Positions 14,001 through 27,957 are shown, counted from the first letter of the stretch. The stretch is 64,000 nt of DNA from Chrysomallon squamiferum (GCA_012295275.1 CM022672.1:28644001-28708000); one strand, 5' to 3'. Notes: generated from the letters alone by a model not told the origin. Numbers and translations are program-made.

Positions 14001-16184
14001 CTGTATTTAATTGTATTCATTTAAGAAAAAAATTGTTTACTTATCTGTGTTATGTCACACATTTATGCATATGGCTTTACAGATAAATGTCTCTCAGACA
14101 AAAGCCTCTATGACATTAGTTCAGCAGCAGAGGTCATGGAACTCGGGCAAGATAAACCTCTCCAGATTGAACATTTCCAACAGAAGGTTCTGTATATTTA
14201 TTTTACCTGGTGTAATCATCTAAACATAAAAATTGTTACGGCATATTATTATTCCAGTGTTATCACCGGAATGAACAATAACTGCAGTTCAGGAACGTTA
14301 ATGTATAAAGTTGTATGTAGAGAAGTCTTTTTACAAAGGGCATATTTTTCTGATCTATACCGAAGAACCCACCTTGAGCAATAAGAAGGAAAATGGCTAT
14401 ATTGTCAACATGTTAAAAACAAAATCTAAACATCTTTACAGAGTCGCTAGTTGAAATAAAATATTTTTTATTTTACAGAAGTGCTGCAACTATGTTCAAT
14501 CAGACATCACTATGTAAGCATTTGTAATTGTTGTCAATTACATTAGTTTATTGTAGTTGGGAGTCTTTTCATGTTTTTTATTTTATCAAAACGTTTTTAA
14601 AATTTTAAATTTCATGTGGTTCCAAAGTACTTTGTAGGTAGCCTTTCAACTTTCTAGAAGGTAGCATTGCTGAATATAATTATTAGGTTAGGGCATATAT
14701 GCTACAGATTGAACATATAATGTTGTGTGTCTGACATTCTGGGTTTGCTATTTTAAAAAATAATAACAATAATGATGAATTGGTAATAAGGCTTGTGAAA
14801 GCATATTTTTGACTTATAAGTTGTAACTGCAATGACAATTGTTGCCACTATAAATTACAACTGAAATTTGGACTCCCGATTCTTTTTTTGTTGTTGTTGG
14901 TGGTGGTGTTGCTACTGCTGCTTTTTTTTCATTTTTGGTTTTCCCTCACAATTCACACACACTTTTCTCCATTAACTTCATTAAGCATGCTGAATGATTT
15001 TTATTTTATTTTCATTTTGAAATGAATCTCTTTTAATTAGTGTCTGTTTCTACACTAATTTGTAGATCAGCTCGATGATAGCAAACTTTGAAAACGAGAT
15101 TACATTTTCCTATGAAGTAATGATGTTGTTTTTGTTGTTTTTTTTTGTTTGTTTTTTTTTCTTTTTTATCAATAACCTTGGACCAACTGTGTATACTCTT
15201 CTTCTATAAACAAATATTTTGTTAATGACACAGATTACACTGCCTAATGATGACGGTACCAAAAAAACAAGGGAGAAGAGTATTTTACCATATCATGCTG
15301 CCAAATGGTTGTCAAAGCAAGACCAAGTGTTGTGTAACCACCTGCTTGTTACTACTTCTTCCCAGACTCGGATTAAAAGCAGGATGCCTGTGTATATTAA
15401 ATCCTGCAGACAACAGTGAAAACCTTGAAATCAAAGAGAAAAGTGATGCCATTTCATGCACAAATTTCAAAGCTGTTAGTTTGTCCACAAAACTCAGCTT
15501 ATCTTGGCTTCTAATTTACCTAACTTTAAATTTTAAAAGTCCATCATTGAATAATTTTCTCTAAAAGGGTTTTATTGATGGTCAAACAGAACTTTATTGA
15601 TGGCCTTAAATTAACTTCATACTTGGTTAACAGTGCCTGAAGTCCTAACTGTGTATTATTTTATGAGGGGGCCGTGTTTGATTACATTACCGACCTGGAA
15701 AAAAAAAAAGGCACCTGGAAGAAATGGCACTGTGCAAATTTGGAAAAATGGCATCACTCAGCAACTTGGTTTTGCTTAACAAAGTACAGTATTATATCAG
15801 AGTTTAATATCAAACACACACACACACACACACCCACACCCACCCATATGTATGTACGTTTGCATGCATACATAGATGGACGAGTACGTCCATAAACATG
15901 TACCTAATGTTAATATGCATACAACAGTTGAAATATCCTGCAGAATATTATTCCGTCAATTCAAAAAAGTTACATAGCATAACACATAGTGACATACGTG
16001 TAGTCTTTAGCAATTGTTGACAGTTCACAATTAAATGGTCAGTCAAAACAAATGTAAACCAAAAACAACAGCCCCCACCTCCAAATACATACAGGTATAA
16101 TATATATATATATAAGTGTGTGTGTGTGTGCAGGACTACCTACTACCGATAACAAAATGATAATAAGCAATTAAAAAAAAAATT

Positions 16185-16794
16185 CAGTTGCCATTTTTTC
16201 CCAAATTAAATTTAAGTTTTTTTTCCTATACACATAAGGTCATTTGCTTGTCTTTGCACAATCATCAGGTGAGTGGCGTCGACACACTAAAGGGCCGAGT
16301 TCACCTTTTCTTGCTGGATTCGACCTACTAGAACGTAGCATCAGGCCGAACACGCTCGACACGTTTACACTGCCATCTTTTATACAGGGTCGTCACTATT
16401 TCAGTATTTGTGGCGTGTGTCCCATTTCTACAACGCCATTTGACTTTAAAATTTCGCAGTTTTTGTGCATTGATCTATTGGTTTCCCCACAAAAGAAACC
16501 CAAAAAAAAGAACCACGACAACAAACAAACCAACCAATTTTTGACAGAAATTGTCTTACACTGTTAACAAATCATCTGCAATCTTTCAAAATGTAAACAA
16601 CGTCATTTACTCAAAAGTTTAGTGCCAGTGTTCAGCCAATGGAATCGCCATACGTGTGGAACTGCCGAATTTATCCGAAGTCTCACGAATGTTGCTGAGT
16701 CACGTGGTCACGCTAATAAAATGGAGGCCATGCTGGTGCATTAATGTGAGATATAGACGAAGAAATAACAATTTTCTCGTATCTTATTATTGAG
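16185..16794 (+). promoter_or_regulatory. CpG-enriched putative promoter and non-coding first exon of the cassette gene
   Basis: Local CpG enrichment in an otherwise CpG-poor window. CCAAT (~16636), E-box GTCACGTG (16699-16706) and YY1-like AAAATGGAGG (~16718). A donor GAG|GTATCA after 16794 could splice to the acceptor at 17811. A second consensus donor CAG|GTGAGT lies after 16268. Confidence 0.5.
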
Positions 16795-17842
16795 GTATCA
16801 GTATATTTATATAAATTTCTTATCAATGTTTAATTAAAATGGTTTTAAGATGATATCAGTCATTACAAATATAAACATTTGTTAATCATCGGCACAGTCC
16901 TCAAAAAATCTATTTGAATTTAGAGTATTTAGTGTAGTTTTTGTTATCCACTTGGAAAAATTAATTAATTAATTACTATAAATCACGAAGCTAGATAGAT
17001 ATATTTGATAACGCTGCTTTGTCAGAAACATTTTATTGATGCTACTGAAAATACAACAATAAAAAGGCAAAAAAACTTAAATTTACTTTGACCCCCGCCT
17101 GTAAAATCAGCGTTTCCATCGTTATCGTAACTCAGACTGGCACTTTTAATTTGCATTCAAAACCTGGTCTTGGTCTAAGTTTATCATTTTTTTTCATTCT
17201 TTCCGTCGTCGTCTTCTTTTTAAATCTTAATTAAGATTAAAACGTTGAAGGAACTTCAATATGATAAAATTACAACCAATAAAACTGGAATATTAAAATT
17301 AACACAAAATTAAATATAAATTAAAAAAAAAAAAAAATTAATTGATAAAGAACACCTTTTCTATCATAATGTATAATATGCATAATACAAGTAGTTCATT
17401 TCATCAATGTTAAGGAAGTAATAATATGAAGGAAAAAAAATACAAAAGCTTGTATCTCCAGCCAACACACAGTTCAGTTTACACACTGCAATCAGAGCAG
17501 GTTGCAGATATACCATGTACAAAAAGCACTGATGTTCATATGAATGTACAGAGTAGATCTAATGCACTTTTTAAATAGTAAGTAATCTGTTGTCTGCTGC
17601 AAATAGATGTTGATGCAGTCTGGATTTGATTTAAAGATGTATAGGAAGTATATAGTAATCTAGAGTATGCAGACTAATTTCCTTTGTATTAATAAAGGAT
17701 CATTTCATTTACATAATTTTTAATTTCTGTTCTACGGTTAGTTAATTTAACTTATAAAACAAATTATTTGATTGCACTGAAATATTTATCTTCATGTTTT
17801 TCTTATTCAGCTCATTTGAGAAATACAGAAAAGTGAGTCATA

Positions 17843-18623
17843 ATGGATAAACAGTATTCTGTGAAATTTTTCACATCATTTGTTGAAGCAATACAAAAAC
17901 TGTGCCGTGAATATTTAGACTTTGAGCAGGGTGTTGAATTGAGTGGTTACCTGGCTGTAGAAATAGACAATTTCAAAAAGGAAAGATATGTGCTTAGTGA
18001 ACTTGTTCAAAGTACTGGAAATGTTATTAGTGAGAGTTATTGCACAAAAGCTTTCAAAACACTGAGAAAAGAAATACCACCAAGAATATCAAGAGACAGT
18101 GAAAACATTACACCTAGAAAGAATAATTACAGTGTAATTCACAAACCACATAGACCACCAAAACCTGCAGAAGTTACTATTGATTTACGAGACAGCCCTG
18201 AAAGAGAGATGCCTTCTAGTTCTCCTCGTTACCAACACACTCCAAGAGGCCAATCAGTAGCAAGCCCTATGAGATGGCAAAATCGTACACCAACTACTCC
18301 AAGTCCAAATAGAATAAATAATAGATTTCCATCATCTTATGGAACCCCGCCCAGAATGAGAAGCATGGAAGTTGTAAGATCACCAAGAACCTCTCGATCA
18401 GTTAATACAGGACAGCCATCTAATCAAATCCAGCCAAGACGCATTGAACAGACATCTTTGCAGTCATGGACTCCACCACGTATTACATCTGTTAAGTCAC
18501 TTCGCAGTCCTCAGCATAATGCAGTTGTTCCGTCAAGTCCTAATCAGTCTGTAGCCGCTAGTGTTCCTAAAAAGAGAACCTCTGAATCCTCTGACTCTGT
18601 TTCATCACCTTCAGCCAAAAAAG
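17843..18623 (+). CDS. Cassette gene, constant coding exon 1: unnamed N-terminal domain plus S/P/R-rich region
   Basis: Acceptor ttattcag before 17811, ATG at 17843, 260 open codons, donor AAG|GTAATT in phase 1. Confidence 0.88.
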
Positions 18624-18782
18624 GTAATTTTTAGTATTCTTAGAATTTTGGAATACATTTTTAAATTTTAAATTATTTTTTTACCTCTTTCTTTTCATGG
18701 ATTTAATTTGTTTGATTTTTATAATCTCCTTAGATAATTGCAATTGAAATAAAGGAATACGCTTTTTTTCACATCCTTTCAG

Positions 18783-19213
18783 ATAAACTTGATGAGAATT
18801 TGGAGGCATTAATTGATCTAGCTAATATGGCCAAAGAAATTAGTAGTGAGGCACAAACAGAGACAAAAACAGATAATTCAGTAACAGAAACTTCAACAGT
18901 GACAACTGCAGCAGTTTCAGCATCTACTACAACAGCATCACAAAACCAACAAACATCTTCATCTGAAACTGTTGTCACACAAAACATCATTAGTGTGTCG
19001 TCATCTGAAGTGAAGAAAGAACAAGAAACAAATGATCCAGTTCTTGTTATTGACAATGCCAATGAAGGGGAGATCAGTTCTGGAAGTGATAGTACTTTTA
19101 ATATTAATCAGTGTCTTGAATCATTCACTCCATTGATTACAACAGACTCGGCTTCATTTTCTACAGAACAACAATCCACACCAAGTACATCATTTGAAGG
19201 GACAGCAGTACAG
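18783..19213 (+). CDS. Cassette gene, constant coding exon 2: S/T-rich linker ending in the shared phase-0 donor
   Basis: Acceptor cctttcag is phase 1 and in frame with exon 1 (..SAKK-D-KLDENLEALIDLANM..). Donor CAG|GTATGT falls after a complete codon (..EGTAVQ). Confidence 0.88.
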
Positions 19214-20319
19214 GTATGTGTTTTGTAATTACAAGTTCATATGTGAGGCTTTTAAAAAAAGGACATCGTAGTAATTACTAAAACAAAACAAATTTAAAAT
19301 TTAAATTTAAATTAATTTCCTTTTATTAGTATCCATACCATATAAAAATTAAAAACGGATTAATCATTTTTGATATGGTTTAAAATGGAGAAAAGTGTTT
19401 ACATAAACATGTAAAATTGCTAGTAGCCACTTAAAAATAATTGTCCTCTTTTTTTAAGAGCCTTATGTTTGTATTTTTAAAAAAATGAACTGTTTTGTAG
19501 TTAAATGTTTCCTTGATCAGACCATGCATTTCAGTCAGTTTTAGTGACAATAGCCAGGTAATGCCAAGCTTCCCAATTGTTTGTGACCAATCTTTAATGC
19601 TGGTATTATTACACCACATTACAAAAATAATTATTTCAGATCACTTTTCTTCATGTAAATAATCAATTATTGTACATTGCTTTTGGCCAGAACATTTTCA
19701 AAACTTGTGCATTGCATTGAAAAAAAAAGAAGAGAGAGGTCACTACTAGTTGTATGATATCTGCAGACAAACAATTTTGACAAAAAAGTTACTTTTAATA
19801 TTTACTTTATAACAAAATTTGCTATCAGTAATACATGTCTATATACTTACATTTATTTTGAAATAATTTAAATTAGATATCTGGGTTGATAAAATGCTGA
19901 AAAGATACGAATAACAGTAAGAGATAGAACCAGTATATTATATATTTTCTGAAAGGTGTAAAATTTTATTATAATTTAACTTATTTAATTGGAAGCATCA
20001 AATATCAGGAATAGAAATATCATGAATTATTACTTGATGTTATCAATTTATTAAATGTTTACTGATGCATATATGGATATACCTTTTTTTTTTTAATGAC
20101 TACTTCACATGTGACATAATGATTAATTTGATATTAAAATTGCTCAGGAAATATTATCGATTATGGAACAATAAAAATAACTGCTGATAAAAACCTATCA
20201 AAAATGAAATATATGTTGCTTACCTTATTATCAACATTCAGCTCTAGTTGTGGAGAAGTTCTTACAAAAACATGAGTTGACATCTAAATCCTGTTCGTTT
20301 CAGGGCAGATAGTAGCCCA

Positions 20320-21180
20320 AATATCTTTTGGTGGAGAACAGCTTAGATGGACATTTGAGTGGATATTGCTGGTTGTCTACCTGTATAATTGTTTTGGATG
20401 ATCTTTGCCAACAGTACAATTGGCAACAATTTTAGTTTGCTTTTCAGTCATTTTTGAGTTCAAGTAAAATGTACCGTGCAAATCATATAAATGCTCACTA
20501 CAAGAAGACACCTGAGACCCCTATCATAAAATCACCAACTGGGAAATCTTCGGACATGTTTGAATCCACATCAGTTGTGATGTATAATGGTCAGCTGATA
20601 ACGTGTCATCAGTGTGCCAGTACAAGGGATAGTTTCAATACATAGTACAGGAACAATGGTTATTGGACAGTACAGGATATCAGATACACATAAATTAATG
20701 GTATATTAACAGTTTGATTTCATTGCCTAAATTGCATGGAACAAATTAATTCATCTGCTGATTTTTTTCAAATAATTTTGCTTTGATCAAACAATTGCAT
20801 ATGCCTATCCTGTCTTTCTTTGTAATCATGAAGAGAAGTAGTACAGGCTGCTAAATTGTGTGCCCAGTACATGAAGGTTGAAACTTAAAAGAACAAGAAA
20901 ACTGAGATACGTGTGCATACGTATACATAGTATATATTTTCAGATATTTCTTTAGTGTTTAACTGCATGTGAAAGTACTTTCTGTGGTTTTAGCAAACTT
21001 GAAAATTACTGTCCTAAAGGAATGTAAAGCCAAAATTACTGTTAAATAATTTTAACAGGTAGGTTTATTGCCAACTGTGCAGTTGGCAAAGATTAGCCTA
21101 AAACAATAGACCTATCTCTGACCGACAATCTGCATTATCCATCCAAATGTCCTTCTGAGCTGTTTTCCACCAGAGAGGAT
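20320..21180. repeat. Diverged ~110-bp inverted-repeat pair, probably an old MITE; boundaries approximate
   Basis: ~20320-20430 (TGGTGGAGAACAGCTTAGATGGACATTTG...ATCTTTGCCAACAGTACAATTGGCAA) matches the reverse complement of ~21065-21180. Confidence 0.65.
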
Positions 21181-21712
21181 ACTCAGTTTAGACAGATAGC
21201 AGGCAATTAAACAGTTCCAGGTTACAAGGTAATGTTTGTATATTGTTTGAGCCAGTTAAAGTCCTTTCATTTTTATTTTATTTTATTTTATTTTTTTTGC
21301 TACCAGTGGAAAATTCCTGTCTGTAAATCCAAGTAGCAAGTTTTGAGATAAAACATTTGTTTCATATGAAAGCAAAACTCAACAATTAATATTTGTTTAA
21401 ATTTGCTGGCAATGTAGCTCACTTTTATTTATACCATTATGAAGATTTGATACAGATACTACAGATTTAAACACACACAGTGAGGTAGTAAATCTGAGCT
21501 AATAAAGTTAGATAAAATTGGTAAAGAACTACAAAAACAGGATAGCAAGAAAAACAAAAACAAAGTTAATTATTGGTTCTTTCATTCTTATAATAGAATT
21601 ATTATACACATAATCATTTCTTTTGACTAGATGCTTTGAAGTTGCTATAATTTTGTGACTTACAAGTTGCTTAATGTGAAATTTCACCAGCATTGACAAT
21701 AGAAATGATTAT

Positions 21713-22075
21713 GGGTCATTCCATGTCAAATCACCCCAAATAAAAATAAATTTAAACCCGACCGTCTCAGATTTTTATAAAACTTGGTATACTTGTTGAC
21801 TGGGATCCAGTCGGACCAGTGGTGTGGGAGATATGGCCCACCAAATTTTGATATTTTTGATAAAAATGGGTGTGACCACCAACCTTTGAACCCTCATATC
21901 TCAGGAACTACTGGGCCAATCTTCATAAAATTGGTACTGTTGAAAAGGCAATATGACAAGGATTGCAAATCTGCCATTTGGTGCTGTGGGATCCCAGTCA
22001 ACAAGTATACCAAGTTTGATAAAAATCTGAGATGGTCAGGTTTAACCCATTGGGTGATTTGACATGGAATGACCC
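21713..22075. mobile_element. Fold-back MITE with long inverted arms; a lone left end recurs at 26726
   Basis: Perfect terminal inverted repeat GGGTCATTCCATGTCAAATCACCC / GGGTGATTTGACATGGAATGACCC. A second inner inverted pair lies at ~21758-21809 and ~21988-22040. Confidence 0.85.
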
Positions 22076-24899
22076 GTATCCAAAATGAAATACCAACAGA
22101 AATTATTTGCAAAGACACCAATAATTTAATTGCTGATTTATTGTCTGTTGTTGTTTATTTATTTTTTAGCTATATAAAGCTGAAACCATGCATTTCTGTG
22201 TTTTCATTATTTGGCTCAAAAAATGTAAACCCTCCCCCCAACAAGATTCATACATGAAATTTTCAGTGAAAACTAGATTAATTTCAGTTTGTTGAAGATA
22301 TGTTTTATTCTGCTGAATAAGGATTGTAGAATAAAAAAAGTTACATTTTTATTATTAATATTTAATTGATTACCTAAAGTTTATATAATTCTTAGCAGTA
22401 TTCCAAAAGGATACCCAATCATTATCTGCAGGTAGTCCAATTCACTGAAAAATAAGTTTCTTTCACTTTCTGCTGCTGAAATGGATTATAATATCAACAT
22501 TTGTCTTTTCTTTTATTTAGGAACAAAAATATGCATTATACTTCTTGCTTCAGTTTTAGTGTTAAGGGGATATGTTTGTCAAAATCTTTATTTCTTATGT
22601 TACAGAATTGAAATTTGGAGATAATCCCCTTTTGTTAATGAGTACTATTTTATTTTTTATGACAAATGGATACTTTCTTTTTAGATTTAAAAAAACAACA
22701 TTATTGTACCCCATTTCATGAACCTGTCCAGTCCAAGCAGATATATATATCATATCATTCAAACTGCTGGTGTTCATCATACACTTGTATTTCTACAAAA
22801 TAACCGAAATTGGTCTTTGTTTACATACTTCAAAAGAAATTAATTAAAAAAAAAAAAAGATTTTCATTAATTTTTGGAAACAATAGAAAGTTGTGTAAAG
22901 TTTATATGAAAAGGAAAGTTAATTTTTCAAAAATTTTCTTTCCGTCATTTTGTAGTGTTTGTTTTTAAATATATATATTCCAAATTTGGAAACTCTAGCA
23001 CAAATAGTTAGGAAGGTAGAAAAAAGGATAGATGATAACAAAGACAAATCAAGTTTTATAAACCATATTTCCATTTGTTATGCTATAGGGGTGATGTTAC
23101 GCATCATTATTATGTAATTTACACCTGCTTTTGCAAAACACCTGAAACATTTTCTGAAAAAGTAAATTTTTTCCATTTAAACAATCTAAGTTACAAAAAG
23201 AAAGTCAAGAAATATATTTGGATATATTAACTGCACAATAAAACATAGATGTGTCTGGAATGTGATTCTGAAGTTGACAACAATTACTTAGCTAATGGGA
23301 GAAGAATTGTTTGAACTAGTATTAATTTTCTCCACAGAATAGTAGTAATAATAAAATGGACAATAACAAGTACATCTGACTGTTCACATTCCACTTATTT
23401 TCAGCTATTAGTAAGCACTTTGAAATTAATTCTTCACAACAGATTCTTGAATGCATACCTGAAAAGTTCAAAATCAAAATACAACTAACAAATTACAAAT
23501 GATAGTATATGTGTCTGATTTACTGTTAGATAATAACATTTCTGGATTGAAACTGTGCTTTAGTTCAACTGTCTGTTATTGTCTTTACTCACTAAAACTG
23601 TGAAGCAGATCCATATGATAGTTTTTACTATGTAGTGAGTTTTTGGTTATATCTACACAAGACATTTTTGGACCTGTCTCATATTTGGAGATTGTATCAT
23701 CAAGCAGATTATAGTGATCATTGGCAGAAATATTACAGGTCCTCCTTTTTTAATATTGCATCCTCAGCCTTCATGCAGTAGCAGTAAAAGACATCTCAGG
23801 ATACAGTCACAGTCATTTGTTAATTAATCAAGTTAAAGTTCATTATGAATGGCTAAAAATTACTCGTGTCATATTACTAAAAAGTAATTTTTTTTTGTTC
23901 TGTTCTGTTTAAAACAAATTTAAAAAATTGAAAAGTTTTAAATTTGGTTTTATATGGTTTTGGAAAGTGTTAAAATTTATTCTGTCAAAAAAATGTCCAT
24001 TTTTATTTGTTATTTTTTATTATTATTAAAAAACAAATTAAAGTATTAAGATAATATAACTTTTATCAAGCTAGACCATCCCTTAAGACATTCATCAATA
24101 GGTAACTAATACCTATATTAACACTAAGTAACTTTGAGGGAAATATGACAGAAACAGTATGGTTACTTATATTAGTAATGATATCATAACTTGAAAAGAT
24201 TTATCATACTGCAGTATATTTGATATCATTCTTAAAAAAACAGATACAAAAACAGGTAATTACAGGTGAGAAAAGGAAAAGATATTCAGTCAGATAATGA
24301 TTTGAATGAGAAAAAAACTTTAGCATTAGTACAAATACAGATGTATTTACAGGTAATAAATCCTTAACAAGATTGAACAGCTTTTGTGTGTGTGTCCATA
24401 TTACTGTTACTGACTTTATATATATTGAATATTTAGTGTTTGTTTTTCCTTGTTAACCAATGTATCGAGAAAAAGTTATCAAACATAGTTACATCTATAT
24501 GTCATGAAGTGAACAGGTTAGTCAATACACAGGTAAATACCTAGTTCACTTCCATTTGTATACTTTGGTATAGTCTTTGTCACAAGTCACTGTTGTCTTT
24601 ATTCTTTTGATTGGTGCTTCACGATGATTGTGTCGTAGTCCTTGTGTTTTTTCAGACATGTGACATACAATCGATTGTTGGCAAAGGATTATTTCCATCA
24701 AGACAAATCATGTTCAGCTTGTCTTATTGAATGCTTTTGTGTGTGATGGGTTGCCATTATTTGCTATGGTGACTTCCTTTTAAAACAATAACAAGTACCA
24801 TTATCATTTGTCTAACCTGCAGTTTACATTCTTCCAGTTGACTCCATTAATGAATTCTGCTGCCAAGTTACTTTAATTTTGTCAAGACTGGTGTGCTTT

Positions 24900-25375
24900 A
24901 TAGTGATTTCAAATTTATGTGTTTTTTATTTTGATTTGGCAAGATTATTGGAACAGTGCAATTGTGATTACACTTTATTGTATTAAGCCAGTCGTGGGAA
25001 AGTGGCAGTCTCCTAGAGGCAGTGCAGGAAGGATGAGATAGTCTTGTATCATGCTTGTTCATTTATCCTGAAGAAGATCATCCACCACAGTGTGAATATT
25101 GCCATATTATCTTCAGCAGTTTAAGAAAAATATATTTAGTCAAATAAAGTTGATGAAATCATTATGATTCCATCCTGAACATATTTTAAAAAATTTGATG
25201 GTGACAAAATTTACTATAAATTTTAATTTAATTAAAGTGTGTTACTTTTATTTTGATACAGCTGTTTTGTTGTGTGCTTTAATTAATTCATGAATTTTTC
25301 TAAATAAAATCATTACCATTTTTTTAATATTTTTTTTTTTTTATCTACCTTTGGTTTGACACCCAGTAGCCAATT
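24900..25375 (+). mobile_element. Degenerate 3' end of a non-LTR retrotransposon (I/Nimb-like); boundaries approximate
   Basis: Broken peptide IKPVVGKWQS..RQCRKDEIVL..ILKKDHPPQCEYC resembles the C-terminal CCHC region of RNase H-bearing LINEs. Confidence 0.55.
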
Positions 25376-25776
25376 TTGAGTTAGGTAATTTAATTATTAA
25401 TTTAAAAAAAAAAAAAATTCAAAGGCTGCAGTGAAGTTTTTACTTTATATATGATGCATTAATATTTTTAATTTTTAATAGATGTATAAACAAACATTGA
25501 TAAGTTACAGTATGTACTTAAATATTTACTTTTTATCATTTTTTTTTATTTGATGCATAACCCATCAGATTTATTATAAATAGTGCCTCATAGATCATAC
25601 CTGGAAGTTTTTAAAAGTTTCTTATTTGTAATTTAACCCTTTAAAGGAAAGGATGTTAGCCATTTAGTTTTGGATTTGTTATTTGAAATTAAAGCCATCG
25701 TTTTAAAACAGGTAATGGAAATCAAAGATTAGTGTTACAAGCTTAAATTCTAAGCTTTCCTGTTTAATCTTTGTAG

Positions 25777-26139
25777 ATGGATCAGTCACACACTGGAATT
25801 CAAAATGAATCACTGATATCCAAAGATGTCATCAAATGGTCTTTAGAGACTTTAAAGCCTGTGCAGAAGGAGCTGTTTTTATGTGATTCTTGTGGTCGGT
25901 CATTTATTAACAAGAGTGGCTTGAACAGTCACTGGCACTCAACACATGCAAACAAAGAGCGATATACTTGCCACATATGTTTATCAACATTCATTCAATA
26001 TGCAAGTTACCAAGATCATTTTAATCTCCACAAGAATATTCGACCCTATAAATGTTCAAAATGTGGTAAAGCTTTTTTCAACAAGGGACCTTTGACAGCT
26101 CATGTAAAAACCTGTGGTACAGCAATCAGTAGACCATAA
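25777..26139 (+). CDS. Alternative terminal exon A1: three zinc fingers (C2H2, C2H2, C2HC)
   Basis: Acceptor ctttgtag|ATG in phase 0. Encodes CDSC..HWHSTH, CHIC..HFNLH, CSKC..HVKTC, then stop. Confidence 0.85.
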   Translation: MDQSHTGIQNESLISKDVIKWSLETLKPVQKELFLCDSCGRSFINKSGLNSHWHSTHANKERYTCHICLSTFIQYASYQDHFNLHKNIRPYKCSKCGKAFFNKGPLTAHVKTCGTAISRP

Positions 26140-27957
26140 TTAAATTTTTATCCTGTAGTGTGCATTTTACTGAAATTTGTTAATTTCGGAGAGAGGATAT
26201 ACAATTATTTTTGCAGTTGAGATATAAATATGATTTTCATTTTCCCTAGCTGCTTATATTATTTGTGAACTTCTGATAGCAAACAATTTTTACAAAAGTT
26301 TCATATTGCCTAATCAGATGCAAAATTAGCAATAACTTTTTATGCAAGTAGATTTTGGAATCTATTTTATATTTATGCATGTTTTGCAGAAACACTCTGC
26401 TTCAAATTACATTATTTAAATGCAGATACTTTAATGCCTGAGGTTTTTTGGGGGGTGGGGATCAAATGTTTATAATATAATTTCCAGGAAGTCATTTGAA
26501 ATGAAATGAAAATTATTATAGTTTGGAGTTTTATAAATTTGTGCTGTTTACATACACAAAATATTATTTTTGGAATTTTTAATTTTTAAACATTCTTTAT
26601 ATATATATTGAACTTTTGTGATATTTATTTTTCAGTAAAATAACTTTTTTTCTATTTTTGACAACTGTGATCGAAACTTTTGGTAATTTTTAATGATTTG
26701 CTTTGATATGAACAGTTATGCATTAGGGTCATTCCATGTCAAATCACCCAGTAAAATAGATAAAGTTGTAATTATACAAATTCAGATTTTGATAATATCT
26801 ACCACCAGACCATTCTTAAAAATTTAGATGTTGCTGGAAAGAAAATTCCATAAGATATTTGTGATTTTGTTGGCCCATAGAAGGAAAAATGTGACTTCAA
26901 AATTTTGATAAAATTGAAATCAATCAGGATACAACCTTTGAATGAATTGACAAAGAAATACCCATTCATGTTATATGTGGGTAAATTATAAACCATGTTT
27001 TATTCATATATTTCAAAATAATCAAACCAGTAATAAAGACAAATCACATTTGACAACACTGACAGATGTTTTTTAATATGTGGCAAAACAATTGTTATGA
27101 TTTCTGGTCCACATGGTAAATTCCCATCATTTTCTGCAATTATGAAAAACACTGGATTTACCTGTTTATATGTATATGTTACTGTTGAATCCAATAAAAA
27201 TGTTAAATTTAATTTAAAAAAAAAAAAATAATAATAAAGAACATGAACCAAAAATATAAATATCTTTTCACATTTCAGTGAAGACTACTGGATTCTTTTT
27301 AATGAAAACATGTAAACATTTCAAATAAATTAATAAAAATGCATTTTATCATATTTATTTTTTAAAATTTGTCTTTGTTAATTTAATGAAAATGATATTA
27401 AGCTGATGCAAATTCCTTAAATTCTGTCATTCCCTGAGGTGTTTCAGGAGATCTATATCTGTATTAATATTTCTGGTGTCAATCCTTCTATATTTTACAA
27501 GTACTAATATATATTATTTTTATTAATTTCTGTGTGTTCATTTCATATATTAGTTGGTTTAAATAATTTAAATACTTGATGTTAATTTGTTGATTGAAAG
27601 ACATTGTTTACTTTAAACACACACACACAGGTACAGAGAGAGAGAAGAAAAACACAAGTTTTATCGGGAAAATACTGGCAGTTTTAATTTGGATAAAAAG
27701 ATCTGAAATTGAATAATTTTTTATACTTGTTTTTATTTATTTTATTTTTCTTGTATTTTTATTTATTTTATTTTATTTTTTATTTTTTATTTTTTTGTTG
27801 AATTGTGATAAACAAATACTTTTCATTTAAAAACAAATTATTGTCATCTTATTTTGTTATTCTTTTACTATTATTATTAATTTTTTTTTATTTTTTTTAA
27901 ATAAATAAAGCTTCATTAAAAACAAATAAAATTTAACCTTTGATTGGTCCATTTCAG

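Noticed and set aside
14052-14384. Exon-like + strand ORF downstream of GPSM
   Set aside because: GPSM already terminates at 11038, the donor is weak, the peptide is not recognisable and no partner exons were found.
16310-16378. tRNA or Pol III gene on the minus strand (GGTCGAATCC resembles a B box), or a hammerhead at the nearby CTGATGA
   Set aside because: No T-stem or acceptor-stem pairing, and no GAAA core for a hammerhead.
18769-19062. Minus-strand 97-aa ORF
   Set aside because: Antisense shadow of low-complexity constant exon 2.
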